From contig CBDBEV010000001.1 in assembly GCA_965204535.1 (NCBI GenBank), positions 992,001 to 1,056,000 on the forward strand: DNA of 64,000 nucleotides. The letters are read 5' to 3'. A program made the translations under genes and the position numbers. Below the pieces are notes generated by a model that was not told where the DNA came from, did not search any database, and saw only the letters and a list, made by a program, of their open reading frames with translations. Positions 9,375 through 18,353 of the stretch are shown here, one piece after another. This DNA comes from a bacterium. GTDB taxonomy: Bacteria > UBA8248. Position 1 is the first letter of the stretch, and every line of letters begins with the position of its first letter.

Positions 9375-10331
9375 TTATGCCATCTTTCGCACCGATGAGG
9401 CGAACGCCAAAACGCCCTGCGCCAGTTTTTTCTTGGAATCAACGTCGGACATGATGCTGGGCAGCGCGATGCTCCGAAGCCCCATCTCTTCGATGGATGA
9501 AACCAGCGCCTCATCCTCGATATCCACGACGAACCCGTCGAGCACGTCTTCGAGAATCCGGGCGACGCCCAGAGCCGAGACCTCATGCCCCAGGCTTTTC
9601 AGCATCTCGGCGGCGGGTCCTCTCAAGGCCGCGCCCCCGACGATGGGGCTCACCCCCACGCGCGGCGCGGTCGCACTGCGCAGCCTCTCATGGATATCCG
9701 AGATCGCGAGAATGGGCCCGATGCTCACAATCGGATTCGACGGACAGAAAACGACCGCGCTCGCCTCATCGAAGGCGCGCATGACCTCGGGCGTGGCGCG
9801 CGCCTCATCCGCTCCCTGAAAGCGCACCCCGCACACGCTCGGCCTCGTTCCCCTGGCCACGAAGTAATCCTGAAACTCGAGTTCGCCCTCGGGCGTCTTC
9901 ACGCGCGTGGCGATGGAAGAATCCGTCATGGGCAGTATGTTCGCCTTGACGCCCAGGGAGGCGGCGAGTTCGCGCGTCACTTCTGTTAAGCGCGCGCCCT
10001 CGGCCAGGCGCTGGGTCCGGCGAATGTGGGTCGCAAGGTCCTGATCACCCAGCCGAAACCAGGTCGGCCCCCCGTAGCGCCCCAACAGATCGAGCGCGCT
10101 CGTCCCGTCGCCGTCGATGCCCCAGCCCGTCTCGGGGTTGGACATGCCCGCGAGGTTGTACATCACCGTGTCGATGTCCGGGCTGATGTGCAGGCCGTGG
10201 AGCACCAGGTCGTCCGCCGTGTTCACGACGACGGTGAGCGCCCCCTCGGGGAGCGCGTGGGCGAGGCCGACGGCGAGCTTGGCGCCGCCCACTCCGCCTG
10301 CGAGCGCAACGACCGGTCCGGAGAAACTCAT
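9375..10331 (-). CDS. cofD: 2-phospho-L-lactate transferase
   Basis: LAGGVGGAKL, VNTADD, GLHISPDIDT, WFRLGDQDLATH, CPSNPIVSIGPIL. Confidence 0.96.
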   Translation of the reverse strand: MSFSGPVVALAGGVGGAKLAVGLAHALPEGALTVVVNTADDLVLHGLHISPDIDTVMYNLAGMSNPETGWGIDGDGTSALDLLGRYGGPTWFRLGDQDLATHIRRTQRLAEGARLTEVTRELAASLGVKANILPMTDSSIATRVKTPEGELEFQDYFVARGTRPSVCGVRFQGADEARATPEVMRAFDEASAVVFCPSNPIVSIGPILAISDIHERLRSATAPRVGVSPIVGGAALRGPAAEMLKSLGHEVSALGVARILEDVLDGFVVDIEDEALVSSIEEMGLRSIALPSIMSDVDSKKKLAQGVLAFASSVRKMA

Positions 10332-10963
10332 CGGACGATCAGCACCGGCTCGGGCGTTTCTTTGGGAGGGGGCTGCTTGGAGGGGTAGCCCGCCACGATG
10401 AGGGCCCTGGGAACCCAGTCTTCGGGCAGGTCCAGTGCCTTACGGGCCGTTTCGGGACAGAACAGGGGAGCGCAGCGCCACACGGAGCCGACCTCTTGTG
10501 CCGCCAGGGCCATCATCAGGTTCTGAAGAGCGCCGCCCAGGCTGTGTTCAGCCATCATGTATTCATTGGCCTGTTTGTCGGGTTCTTCGTAATCGTCTAA
10601 ATCCGCGAAGGAGAGCGACGCCATGATGAGGGCGGGCGCGCCGGTGAGCAGACGGATGCTCCCTTGGTGGCGGCGTCGGCGCTCTTCTTCGGGAACGCCC
10701 TCCGCTGTCATGTCGCGCAGAAAGTCTTTGCCCATCTCGGCGGCGAGAGTTTCCTTCGCCTCTTGGGAATCGAGGATGCAAAACCGCCAGGGGCTCGTCC
10801 CGTGCGGGCTGGGGGCCAGACACGCGGCGGAGAGGGCGGTTTTCAGTATCTCCATCGGGACGGGTTCTGTCGTGAAATGCCGGATGGAGCGCCTTTTGCG
10901 CAGCGCCTCATCGAGCGGTATGGAGAGCGCCGATTTTTTGTTTTTGATAGAGGGAGTATCCAA
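10328..10963 (-). CDS. Nitroreductase-family protein, FbiB C-terminal-like (putative dehydro-F420-0 reductase)
   Basis: RRSIRHF, APSPHGTSPWRF, QNLMMAL....VGSVWRCAPLFCPE..R.ALDLP.DW.P; inside the cof operon. Confidence 0.8.
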   Translation of the reverse strand: MDTPSIKNKKSALSIPLDEALRKRRSIRHFTTEPVPMEILKTALSAACLAPSPHGTSPWRFCILDSQEAKETLAAEMGKDFLRDMTAEGVPEEERRRRHQGSIRLLTGAPALIMASLSFADLDDYEEPDKQANEYMMAEHSLGGALQNLMMALAAQEVGSVWRCAPLFCPETARKALDLPEDWVPRALIVAGYPSKQPPPKETPEPVLIVR

Positions 10964-10964
10964 C

Positions 10965-12407
10965 TTATGACTCTTGAGGCTCCCAGCCCGGCGGCGCGCC
11001 GCCCTGGGCCGGGCTCGGGGGCGGTGGAAGTTTGCGCTTCTCCCCGGGGGGCGGGTCTCCCGGGTCGTCCGGAATCGGCTGGCCCGCGAGGAAGCCGCGC
11101 ACGCCCTCTGGGCGCGCCTCATCCCCATAAGCCGTGTCGAGGCATTCTTCCAGTTCCTCGGGCGTCTTGGGGCTGTCGACCATTCTTTGCGCGGCGAAGC
11201 CGGCGCCGTCGAACGGGTCGTACTGGGGGAGGCCCTCCGGCGTGCCGCTCCTGGCTCCCATCGTCGGCACGCGGTTGCGCTGTCTTCTCGCCAGGATGTG
11301 CAGGATGTTCCAGGCCCGCCGGTTCTCCTGTATCGGCTGAATCTCCACGAGGCCCTCTTTTTCGAATTCGCTCCAGATCTCCTTGCCCTTCTCGGTGCGC
11401 AGGACCACGATGGTCCAGCCCCGCGTGCCCACGCCGCCGCAGGCGATGTCCGCGAGTTCGGCGGAGAAATCCGCGCAGTGCTGGCACTCGGGGCGCTGGT
11501 AGTTCTCCATCGCCTCCTGGAGCGAGAAGGTGACGAGTTCCCCGTCTTTCTTGTGAACGAGCACCTCGCCCTTCACGTTGAACTTCGCCACGTCCGTGAG
11601 AGGGATGCCGAGGTCCTTTTCGATTTTCTCCGTCATGAGGTCGAAGGTGAACACTTCCGTGCAGAACAGCCCGATCTGGAACGCCACGCGCTCCGAGAAG
11701 CCTCTCAGGAAGCCGCGCTGTTTCTCGATGTGCTGGGGCCTTTTCTTGTGCGAGACCAGAAAGGAGGGGTCGATGAGTTCCATCTTGCGAAGCGGCGTGA
11801 TCTGGCAGGGGACGCCCACGAAGCCCACTTTTTTCAAATCTCTTTCTTTCACTTCCTCGAGGGCGAGGTTGTTCGCGCAGTAGGTGTACCAACTGCCCGC
11901 GCTCGCGCGGATCTCCTCGTACGTCGTGGCGACCTTGGGACTCGGGTCGCACGGCGGGTCGTCCTCCCCGACGGCGGAGACCACCGCCCCGTCGATGACG
12001 CCGGCTTCGAGCGCCCATGCGAGCAGCGCCGTGACGATACCACCGTCCTGGGCGCGCTCCATCACGTCGTCGCGCTTGGTCCTCGCCATGAAGATGTGCT
12101 GGTATGGGCCGAAGATGCCCTCGTACGTCTCGCTTCTCGTCTCACCGAAGGTGGCGTCTTTCAGGTGGTTCTCCCTCGGCCAGAGCCTCGGGCACACTGA
12201 TGCGCACACGTCGCAGCCCACCCCCACGCTGATGCCGCAGAAATCGAAATCGGCCTTCGCCTTGGCCGTCTGCTTGGGTTTGGCGTCGATGTATTCGATG
12301 ACGTTGTGCGGGCAGACGAGGACGCAGCTTCCGCACTCGCAGCAACTGCCCGCGTCCACCACGTCGTTCATCATGTCTTTGAAAGAGTGATGGTGAAGTT
12401 CGTTCAA
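10965..12407 (-). CDS. F420 hydrogenase/dehydrogenase beta subunit (FrhB/FdhB) family protein with N-terminal ferredoxin
   Basis: CCECGSCVLVCP, C.VCASVCP, AQDGGIVTALL, VGVPCQ, GLFCTE, C.HCADFSAELADIACGGVG; TTG start after GGAG. Confidence 0.9.
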   Translation of the reverse strand: MNELHHHSFKDMMNDVVDAGSCCECGSCVLVCPHNVIEYIDAKPKQTAKAKADFDFCGISVGVGCDVCASVCPRLWPRENHLKDATFGETRSETYEGIFGPYQHIFMARTKRDDVMERAQDGGIVTALLAWALEAGVIDGAVVSAVGEDDPPCDPSPKVATTYEEIRASAGSWYTYCANNLALEEVKERDLKKVGFVGVPCQITPLRKMELIDPSFLVSHKKRPQHIEKQRGFLRGFSERVAFQIGLFCTEVFTFDLMTEKIEKDLGIPLTDVAKFNVKGEVLVHKKDGELVTFSLQEAMENYQRPECQHCADFSAELADIACGGVGTRGWTIVVLRTEKGKEIWSEFEKEGLVEIQPIQENRRAWNILHILARRQRNRVPTMGARSGTPEGLPQYDPFDGAGFAAQRMVDSPKTPEELEECLDTAYGDEARPEGVRGFLAGQPIPDDPGDPPPGEKRKLPPPPSPAQGGAPPGWEPQES

Positions 12408-12426
12408 GGATTTTCTCTCCGGCCTG

Positions 12427-13680
12427 TTAGCGGGGGCGCGCAGGATTCGAGACGCCCAGGTGGGTTTCCGGGATGAAGTCGCCGGCCTTTTGCCCGCCGG
12501 AGAAGCCGGCGCCGAGAAGCGCCTCGTCATCTGCGCGCGGGTGGCGGTATCTCGGGTCGTCTTCGCGGATGATGTCGTAGGTGGTCGTGCGCTGAACGGG
12601 CGTGCGCCCCGCCCCCAGGATGGCGTCGTTGAATTGTCTGGGGCTCAGGCTTTGCCCGTATTCGGAACCCGACTCGCGCGAGATGTTCTCCTCGATCAGC
12701 GTTCCGCCCAGGTCGTTCACCCCGAGGGAGAGCGCCTTCTGCGCGGCGTCGATGCCGATCTTGGGCCACGCCACTTGGATGTTGGCGATGGTCCCCCGGA
12801 AGAACAGCCGTGCGACGGCGTGGAGCCTGAAGATGGTTTCCAGGTCCGCCATCTCCTCGATGCCGAACTCCTCGCCCATCTTGTTGTCGTAGGGGATGAA
12901 GGGCAGGGGAACGAACTCCGTGAACCGGCCCTCTCCGTCCGTCTGGAGCGAGTCTTTTTGCATTTTTCTCAAGATTTCCATGTGCTCGGCCAGATCGGCG
13001 CTGCTCTCGATGTGGCCGTACATGACCGTGGAAGTCGTCGGGATGCCCACGGCGTGGGCGGTCCGGATGATCTCGCACCACCTCTCGACGGGGATTCTTC
13101 CGGGGCTGATGAGTTTCTTCACCCTCTCCACGAGAATCTCGGCGGCCGTTCCGGGGACGGAGCCGAGACCGGCTTCCTTGAGCCGGGTGAGCACCACTTC
13201 GAGGGGCAGCCTGGTTTTCCGCTGGATGTGGTCGACCTCCGCGGGCGAATAGGCGTGCATGTGGACGCCGGGGATGACTTCGCGCGCGAGCCTGAGCACT
13301 TCCTCGTAGCGGTCGATCGATATCTGGGGGTTCAGCCCCCCCTGCATGCAGATTTCGCGCACGCCGAAGTCCCTGGCGCGTTCGAATTTCTCGCGCAGCA
13401 CGTCATCGTCGTGCGTGTAGGCGTCAGGCGCGTTCGGCCGCCGCCAGAAGCCGCAGTATTTACAGTCCGTGTAGCATACGTTCGTGAAGTTCACGTTCGC
13501 GTTGATGACGTAGCTCACCTCGTCGCCGACGGTCTTCTTCCTCTCCGCGTCCGCCGTCGCGTAAAGACGCTCGGTCAGTCCCTCATCCCGCTCGGCGAGC
13601 AGGGCGGTCGCGCCCTCGCGCGAGATTTCCTCTCCCGTCTCGAAGGCGTCTAAAATTTCATGGGCGAAAAGGGTGTTCAT
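12427..13680 (-). CDS. cofH: FO synthase subunit CofH (radical SAM)
   Basis: NVNFTNVCYTDCKYCGF, QGG, PGTAAEIL, TSTVMYGHIE, EFVPLPF, NDLGGTLIEENISR; adjacent to cofG. Confidence 0.88.
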   Translation of the reverse strand: MNTLFAHEILDAFETGEEISREGATALLAERDEGLTERLYATADAERKKTVGDEVSYVINANVNFTNVCYTDCKYCGFWRRPNAPDAYTHDDDVLREKFERARDFGVREICMQGGLNPQISIDRYEEVLRLAREVIPGVHMHAYSPAEVDHIQRKTRLPLEVVLTRLKEAGLGSVPGTAAEILVERVKKLISPGRIPVERWCEIIRTAHAVGIPTTSTVMYGHIESSADLAEHMEILRKMQKDSLQTDGEGRFTEFVPLPFIPYDNKMGEEFGIEEMADLETIFRLHAVARLFFRGTIANIQVAWPKIGIDAAQKALSLGVNDLGGTLIEENISRESGSEYGQSLSPRQFNDAILGAGRTPVQRTTTYDIIREDDPRYRHPRADDEALLGAGFSGGQKAGDFIPETHLGVSNPARPR

Positions 13681-14705
13681 GCGATCTCCACGGGCAGGGC
13701 TTCCTGCGCCTCGCGCCGCTCCAGCATCCGGCGGAGCGCGGGCATGGTTTCGGGCGGGCACCAGCCCGCCTCGATGAATTCGTCATACACCGGCATCCGC
13801 AGGCGCAGCGCGATGTCTTCCTGATGAAGGGACTGGTCGAGATTCCCCAGTTTGGGCCAGCCGCGATTCGGGTTGATGTGATCCGGTTCCGGCGCAATGC
13901 CGCCGATGTCGTCCGCCCCCGCCATGATAAGGCCGAGCAGATCGTCCACCAGGTTCGGCGGAACCTGGATGTGCACGCCCGGCATGAGCCTTTGCACCTC
14001 CGGGATAAGCGCCGCGATATCCTCATCCGGCGGACGGGTCCACTTGGCCATGGGGGTCATGGGCTGGGGGTTCAGGGGCTGCAGAATGATTTCCTGGATG
14101 TGTCCGTAGCGGCTGTGCACGTCGGCGATGGCTTCTAAAGTATCGACGCGCTCTTTGGGCGATTCGCCGATGCCGACGAGAATTCCCGTCGTGAACGCGA
14201 TCCCGAGCTTGCCCGCCGCCTCAAGCGAAGCGAGCCGGACTTCGGGCGTTTTCGTCGGCGCCGCCCGGTGGGCGATACGCGTGGCTTCTGCGCTGACGGT
14301 CTCCATCATCATGCCCATCGAGACGTTGTAGGGCTTCAGAATCTCGTATTCCCACTCCTCCAGCGTACCGATGTTGGCGTGGGGCAGCAGGCCGATTTCC
14401 AGACACATTCTGCACACCTCGGCGGTATAGGCAGCGTAGGAATCATATCCCCATTCCTTCAACTGATTCTTGAGGCCCTTGTGCCGGTCGATTCCCTCGC
14501 CCGTCATGACGAGCGCCTCGACCACGCCCTGCTCGAATGCCTGCCGCGCGAGGCGCTCGCACTCCTCCATGGAAAGCAGGAGCGGAACGCTGCTGCGGAA
14601 GCTGCAATAGCCGCAGTGGTTCACGCACCAGTTCGTGATGGGCAGGGTGAAGTTGAATGAATACGTGACCGTTCTCAGGACGTTTCTCCGTTTTAATCGA
14701 GTCAA
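13677..14705 (-). CDS. cofG: FO synthase subunit CofG (radical SAM)
   Basis: VTYS, TNWCVNHCGYCSF, GLLPHAN, SMGMMME, FTTGILVGIGE, HIQEIILQ, IQVPPNL, DHINP. Confidence 0.93.
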   Translation of the reverse strand: MTRLKRRNVLRTVTYSFNFTLPITNWCVNHCGYCSFRSSVPLLLSMEECERLARQAFEQGVVEALVMTGEGIDRHKGLKNQLKEWGYDSYAAYTAEVCRMCLEIGLLPHANIGTLEEWEYEILKPYNVSMGMMMETVSAEATRIAHRAAPTKTPEVRLASLEAAGKLGIAFTTGILVGIGESPKERVDTLEAIADVHSRYGHIQEIILQPLNPQPMTPMAKWTRPPDEDIAALIPEVQRLMPGVHIQVPPNLVDDLLGLIMAGADDIGGIAPEPDHINPNRGWPKLGNLDQSLHQEDIALRLRMPVYDEFIEAGWCPPETMPALRRMLERREAQEALPVEIA

Positions 14706-14772
14706 GTCCGCGATGACCCCCGCATCCTATCGGCGAGCGCCGCGTCTGACAAGGCTTGACTCCCCATGAACG

Positions 14773-15963
14773 CTAGGCGACGCCCTTTTCTTTCAGCGCG
14801 GCGATTTCCTCGCCCGACTTGCCGAGCAGGCCGGAGAGAACTTCTTCGGTGTGCTCGCCCAGCAGGGGAGGGGGCAGGCGGAGTTCGCCGGGCGTGTCCG
14901 AGAGCTTCATGGGGTTTCCCATCACCTTCAGGACGCCGGTCCTCGCGTGCTCCATCTCGACCACCATCTCGCGGTGATGGATCTGCGGGTCCGCGCACAA
15001 CTCCTCGATCGTTCGCACCGGCCCGCAGGGCACGCCCGCATCCGATACGATTTCGGCCCACTCCGTTCGGGTTCTGGCCCGCATGGTCTCCTCGATTTCG
15101 GCTTCCAGTTCATCGCGCCCCGAGACGCGCGCCGCGTTCGTATCCCATTTGGGGTCGTCCGCCAGATCGGCCCTGCCGATGGCGCGGGCGAAGCGCTGCC
15201 ACAAGGAGTCGTTGGCCGCCGCGACGATGAGTTCCCCGTCCGAGCAGGGAAAATCGCGGTACGGCGCGATGCTCGGGTGGCGGTTCCCCAACCGTCCGGG
15301 CGGTGTGCCCGTGGCGAAGAAGTTCCCCGCGGCGTGGCTCATCAGCGCGGCCTGTCCGTCCTGGATGGCCGTGTCGACGTATTGGCCCTCCCCCGTCCTC
15401 TCGCGGGCGATGATGGCCAGCAGGATCCCCTGGGTCGCGAACATGGCGGTGGTGAGGTCCGCGATGGCGATGCCCGTCTTGAAGCCTCCGCCTCCCTCTG
15501 CGCCCGTGATGCTCATGAGTCCGCCTTCGCCCTGTAAGAGGATGTCGTAGGCGGGTCTCTCCTTGGAGGGGCCGCTCTGGCCGTAGCCCGAGACGCTGGC
15601 GTAGATGAGCCGGGGGTTGAGCGCGTGGCAGGTATCCCAGTCGAAGCCGAGCCGTTCGATGGCGCCGGGCCGGAAGTTCTGGATGAGGATGTCCGATTTC
15701 TCGACGAGCCCCTTTAAGATCGATTTTCCTTCTTCGGCTTTGAGGTTGAGGGTGAGGCTTTTCTTGTTGCGGTTCACGGACTGGAAATAACTGCTCTCGC
15801 CTCCGTCATAAAAAGGCGGCCAGCCGCGCGTGTCGTCTCCACCGACGGGGTTTTCGACCTTGATGACCTCGGCCCCCATGTCGCCGAGCATCATCGTGCA
15901 GAACGGCCCCGCCAGAATTCTGGAAAGATCGAGGACGCGAATCCCCTCAAGCGGCATACTCAT
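14773..15963 (-). CDS. Family III CoA transferase (CaiB/BaiF)
   Basis: LEGIRVLDLSRILAGPF, NRNKKS, NFRPG, SGYGQSGP, PPPLLGEHT. Confidence 0.95.
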   Translation of the reverse strand: MSMPLEGIRVLDLSRILAGPFCTMMLGDMGAEVIKVENPVGGDDTRGWPPFYDGGESSYFQSVNRNKKSLTLNLKAEEGKSILKGLVEKSDILIQNFRPGAIERLGFDWDTCHALNPRLIYASVSGYGQSGPSKERPAYDILLQGEGGLMSITGAEGGGGFKTGIAIADLTTAMFATQGILLAIIARERTGEGQYVDTAIQDGQAALMSHAAGNFFATGTPPGRLGNRHPSIAPYRDFPCSDGELIVAAANDSLWQRFARAIGRADLADDPKWDTNAARVSGRDELEAEIEETMRARTRTEWAEIVSDAGVPCGPVRTIEELCADPQIHHREMVVEMEHARTGVLKVMGNPMKLSDTPGELRLPPPLLGEHTEEVLSGLLGKSGEEIAALKEKGVA

Positions 15964-15994
15964 GGAATCTCTCAGGCTCCTTATTCAGTGAGTG

Positions 15995-16858
15995 TTATCG
16001 GTTCCCAAGCGCTTCGAGCATCTTCTCGCGCACGTGCTCGACCGGCATCTGCGTGCCGGTCCAAAGCTCCCAGCCCAGGGCACCCTGATGCAAGAGCCAG
16101 CCGACCCCCGAGACGGCGCGCGCGCCTCTCCGGCGGGCGGCTATCAGGAACGGGGTGTCGAGCGGGTTGTAGACCGCATCGGCGCAGATGCTCTCAGGCG
16201 GTATGAATTCCTCGGGCAGGGGGCAGGCCGCCTCTCGCTCCTTATCGCCGCTCATCCCCAGGCTCGTCGTGTTGACGATAATATCCCGCCCCCGGGCGGC
16301 GGATTCAAGCTCCTCCAGGCCGCCTCCGTGTATTTCGACGCCCGGAAAGTGGGATTTCACCTCATCCGCCAGCGATGCGGCTTTCTCCGCCGTGCGGTTT
16401 CTGATCTCGACGTGCGCGGCGCCTGTTTGCGCGAGCTTGATGGCGATGGCCCGCGCAGCCCCGCCCGCCCCTAAAAGCAGGCACCTTTTTCCTTCAGGCG
16501 AAACCCCCGTTTCCTCTTCCAGGGAGCGGAGCCAGCCCGCGCCGTCGGTGTTGTGGCCCTTGAGTTTGCCGCCCTCCTCGAACGTCACCATGTTCACCGC
16601 GCCCATGAGCCTCGCGTCCTCGCTCAACTCGTCCACCAGACGGAAGGTGGCCACCTTGTGGGGGATGGTGACGCAAAAGCCCGCGAAACCCATCGCCCCT
16701 GCCCCGCGCACCGCTTCCTCGTAGCGATCCGGATGCACCTCGTAGGCTGTGAAGCGGTAGGGCAAATCAAGCGCCTGCGCCGCCGCGTTGTGCATGACGG
16801 GCGAGAGCGTGTGCCCCAGCGGATAGCCGAATATGGCGAGCGTCTTATCGAGCGGCAT
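15995..16858 (-). CDS. aroE: Shikimate dehydrogenase
   Basis: HTLSPVMHN, VTIPHK, GAVN, GHNTDG, GAGGAARA, NRT, D.VYNP. Confidence 0.93.
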   Translation of the reverse strand: MPLDKTLAIFGYPLGHTLSPVMHNAAAQALDLPYRFTAYEVHPDRYEEAVRGAGAMGFAGFCVTIPHKVATFRLVDELSEDARLMGAVNMVTFEEGGKLKGHNTDGAGWLRSLEEETGVSPEGKRCLLLGAGGAARAIAIKLAQTGAAHVEIRNRTAEKAASLADEVKSHFPGVEIHGGGLEELESAARGRDIIVNTTSLGMSGDKEREAACPLPEEFIPPESICADAVYNPLDTPFLIAARRRGARAVSGVGWLLHQGALGWELWTGTQMPVEHVREKMLEALGNR

Positions 16859-17008
16859 GGGCGCTCCTTAAAAGATTCGGGGTGCGCTTCCACTGCGTTC
16901 GTTGTGGCGCGAATCAGAGATACGCTAAAGTGGCGCTCATCACAACATCCAGAGAGGCTCGCGCCGATTTTCTCTCGCCAAAGCCATCATTTCGAGGAGA
17001 CGGATTCG

Positions 17009-18133
17009 ATGTCCACCGTTCAGGCCGCCACGATTCTACAGCCGGGCGAGATCGCCCTGCGCGAATACCCCATGCCCGAGATTGAGGACGACGCCCTTTT
17101 GATGCGGGTGGCCGCCGTGGGCGTCTGCGGTTCGGACAAGCACATGTACGGGGGCAACCTGGATCTGGCATGGCCCGTCATTCCGGGGCATGAGTTCAGC
17201 GGAATCGTCGAGAAGTTGGGGCCACAGGCCAATGCGAACATGAAGGTCGTGGGCGGCCCCATCAAGGAGGGCGACGCCATCACCGTGACGCCGGGCAGCC
17301 AGGCGTGCGGAAAATGCTGGTTCTGCATTCACGTGCCGCACCGTCCCCAGTTGTGCCCGAACCGCACGGTGTTCGGCTTCCGCACCTCCGCCGAGGCGCC
17401 GCACCTTTTCGGGGCGTTTTCAGAATACATGTACATTCCCGGAAACTCCTTCGTCCTGAAGCTGCCCGAGGGTCTCTCGCTCGATCGCGCCACGCTCTGC
17501 GAACCCCTGGCGGTGGCCCAGAGGGCGGCCGGCCGCTCACTCTCGCCGGGCATCCCCTACGCGGGGGAGGGGTTCGGCGTGGGCGCGCGCTGCGCCGTCA
17601 TGGGCGTGGGCCCCATTGGATTGCTCGTGGTGGCCGCTCTCAAGACGATGGGGGCGGGCGAGATCATTGCGGTGGACATGACCGAAGAAAGACTCGCGTT
17701 CTCCAGAAAATTCGGGGCCACGAAGACGGTGAGCCTGGCGGCGCTTACGCAGGAGGAGAGAAAAGAGCAGATCCTCTCCTGGACGGACGGCGTGGGGCCG
17801 GACGTGGTGGTCGAGGCGGCGGGCGTTCCCGCGGCCTTCGCCGAGGGGCTGGACATCGTCCGCCGGGGCGGGAAACTCGTCGAAGTCGGTCATTACGGCG
17901 ACCCGGGCGGGGTGGAGATCAGGCCCCACCAGGTGTGCAACAAGGACGTGGACATCTGCGGCTCATGGGCGTATCCCCAGGTGCAGTTCGAACCGGCGAT
18001 GGACATGCTCCTGAGAACGGACCTGCCGATTGACGACATCTTCACCCACCGCCTGCCCCTCTCCCAGGTGCAGGCGGGGATCGAAGTCACGGGCACGGGG
18101 GAGTGCCTGAAAGTCCTGCTCAAGCCGGATTAG
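17009..18133 (+). CDS. Zinc-dependent alcohol/polyol dehydrogenase (MDR)
   Basis: GVCGSD, GHEFSG, CGKCWFC...C, GVGPIG; GAGGAG RBS. Confidence 0.93.
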   Translation: MSTVQAATILQPGEIALREYPMPEIEDDALLMRVAAVGVCGSDKHMYGGNLDLAWPVIPGHEFSGIVEKLGPQANANMKVVGGPIKEGDAITVTPGSQACGKCWFCIHVPHRPQLCPNRTVFGFRTSAEAPHLFGAFSEYMYIPGNSFVLKLPEGLSLDRATLCEPLAVAQRAAGRSLSPGIPYAGEGFGVGARCAVMGVGPIGLLVVAALKTMGAGEIIAVDMTEERLAFSRKFGATKTVSLAALTQEERKEQILSWTDGVGPDVVVEAAGVPAAFAEGLDIVRRGGKLVEVGHYGDPGGVEIRPHQVCNKDVDICGSWAYPQVQFEPAMDMLLRTDLPIDDIFTHRLPLSQVQAGIEVTGTGECLKVLLKPD

Positions 18134-18353
18134 GCCTTTCTAAAGGGGGCTGTTGAAAAGCCTGGTCTGCGGCCCTATGAAGATCGCTTTTCACTAACGA
18201 GAATATCAAATCAACTCCCCCCTTGAGGGGGAGTCGATGAAGCCGAGCGGTTTGTGCGAAGGCTGAATCGGTGGGGGGAGGTTTGCTCTGTGGCATGTCC
18301 CCCCACCGAATCGCTTGCGGGCTTACGCCCTTAGCTCTTCGACTCCCCCTCAA

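Noticed and set aside
16553-17008. N-terminal extension of the Zn dehydrogenase ORF
   Set aside because: Overlaps aroE on the opposite strand; RBS supports ATG 17009
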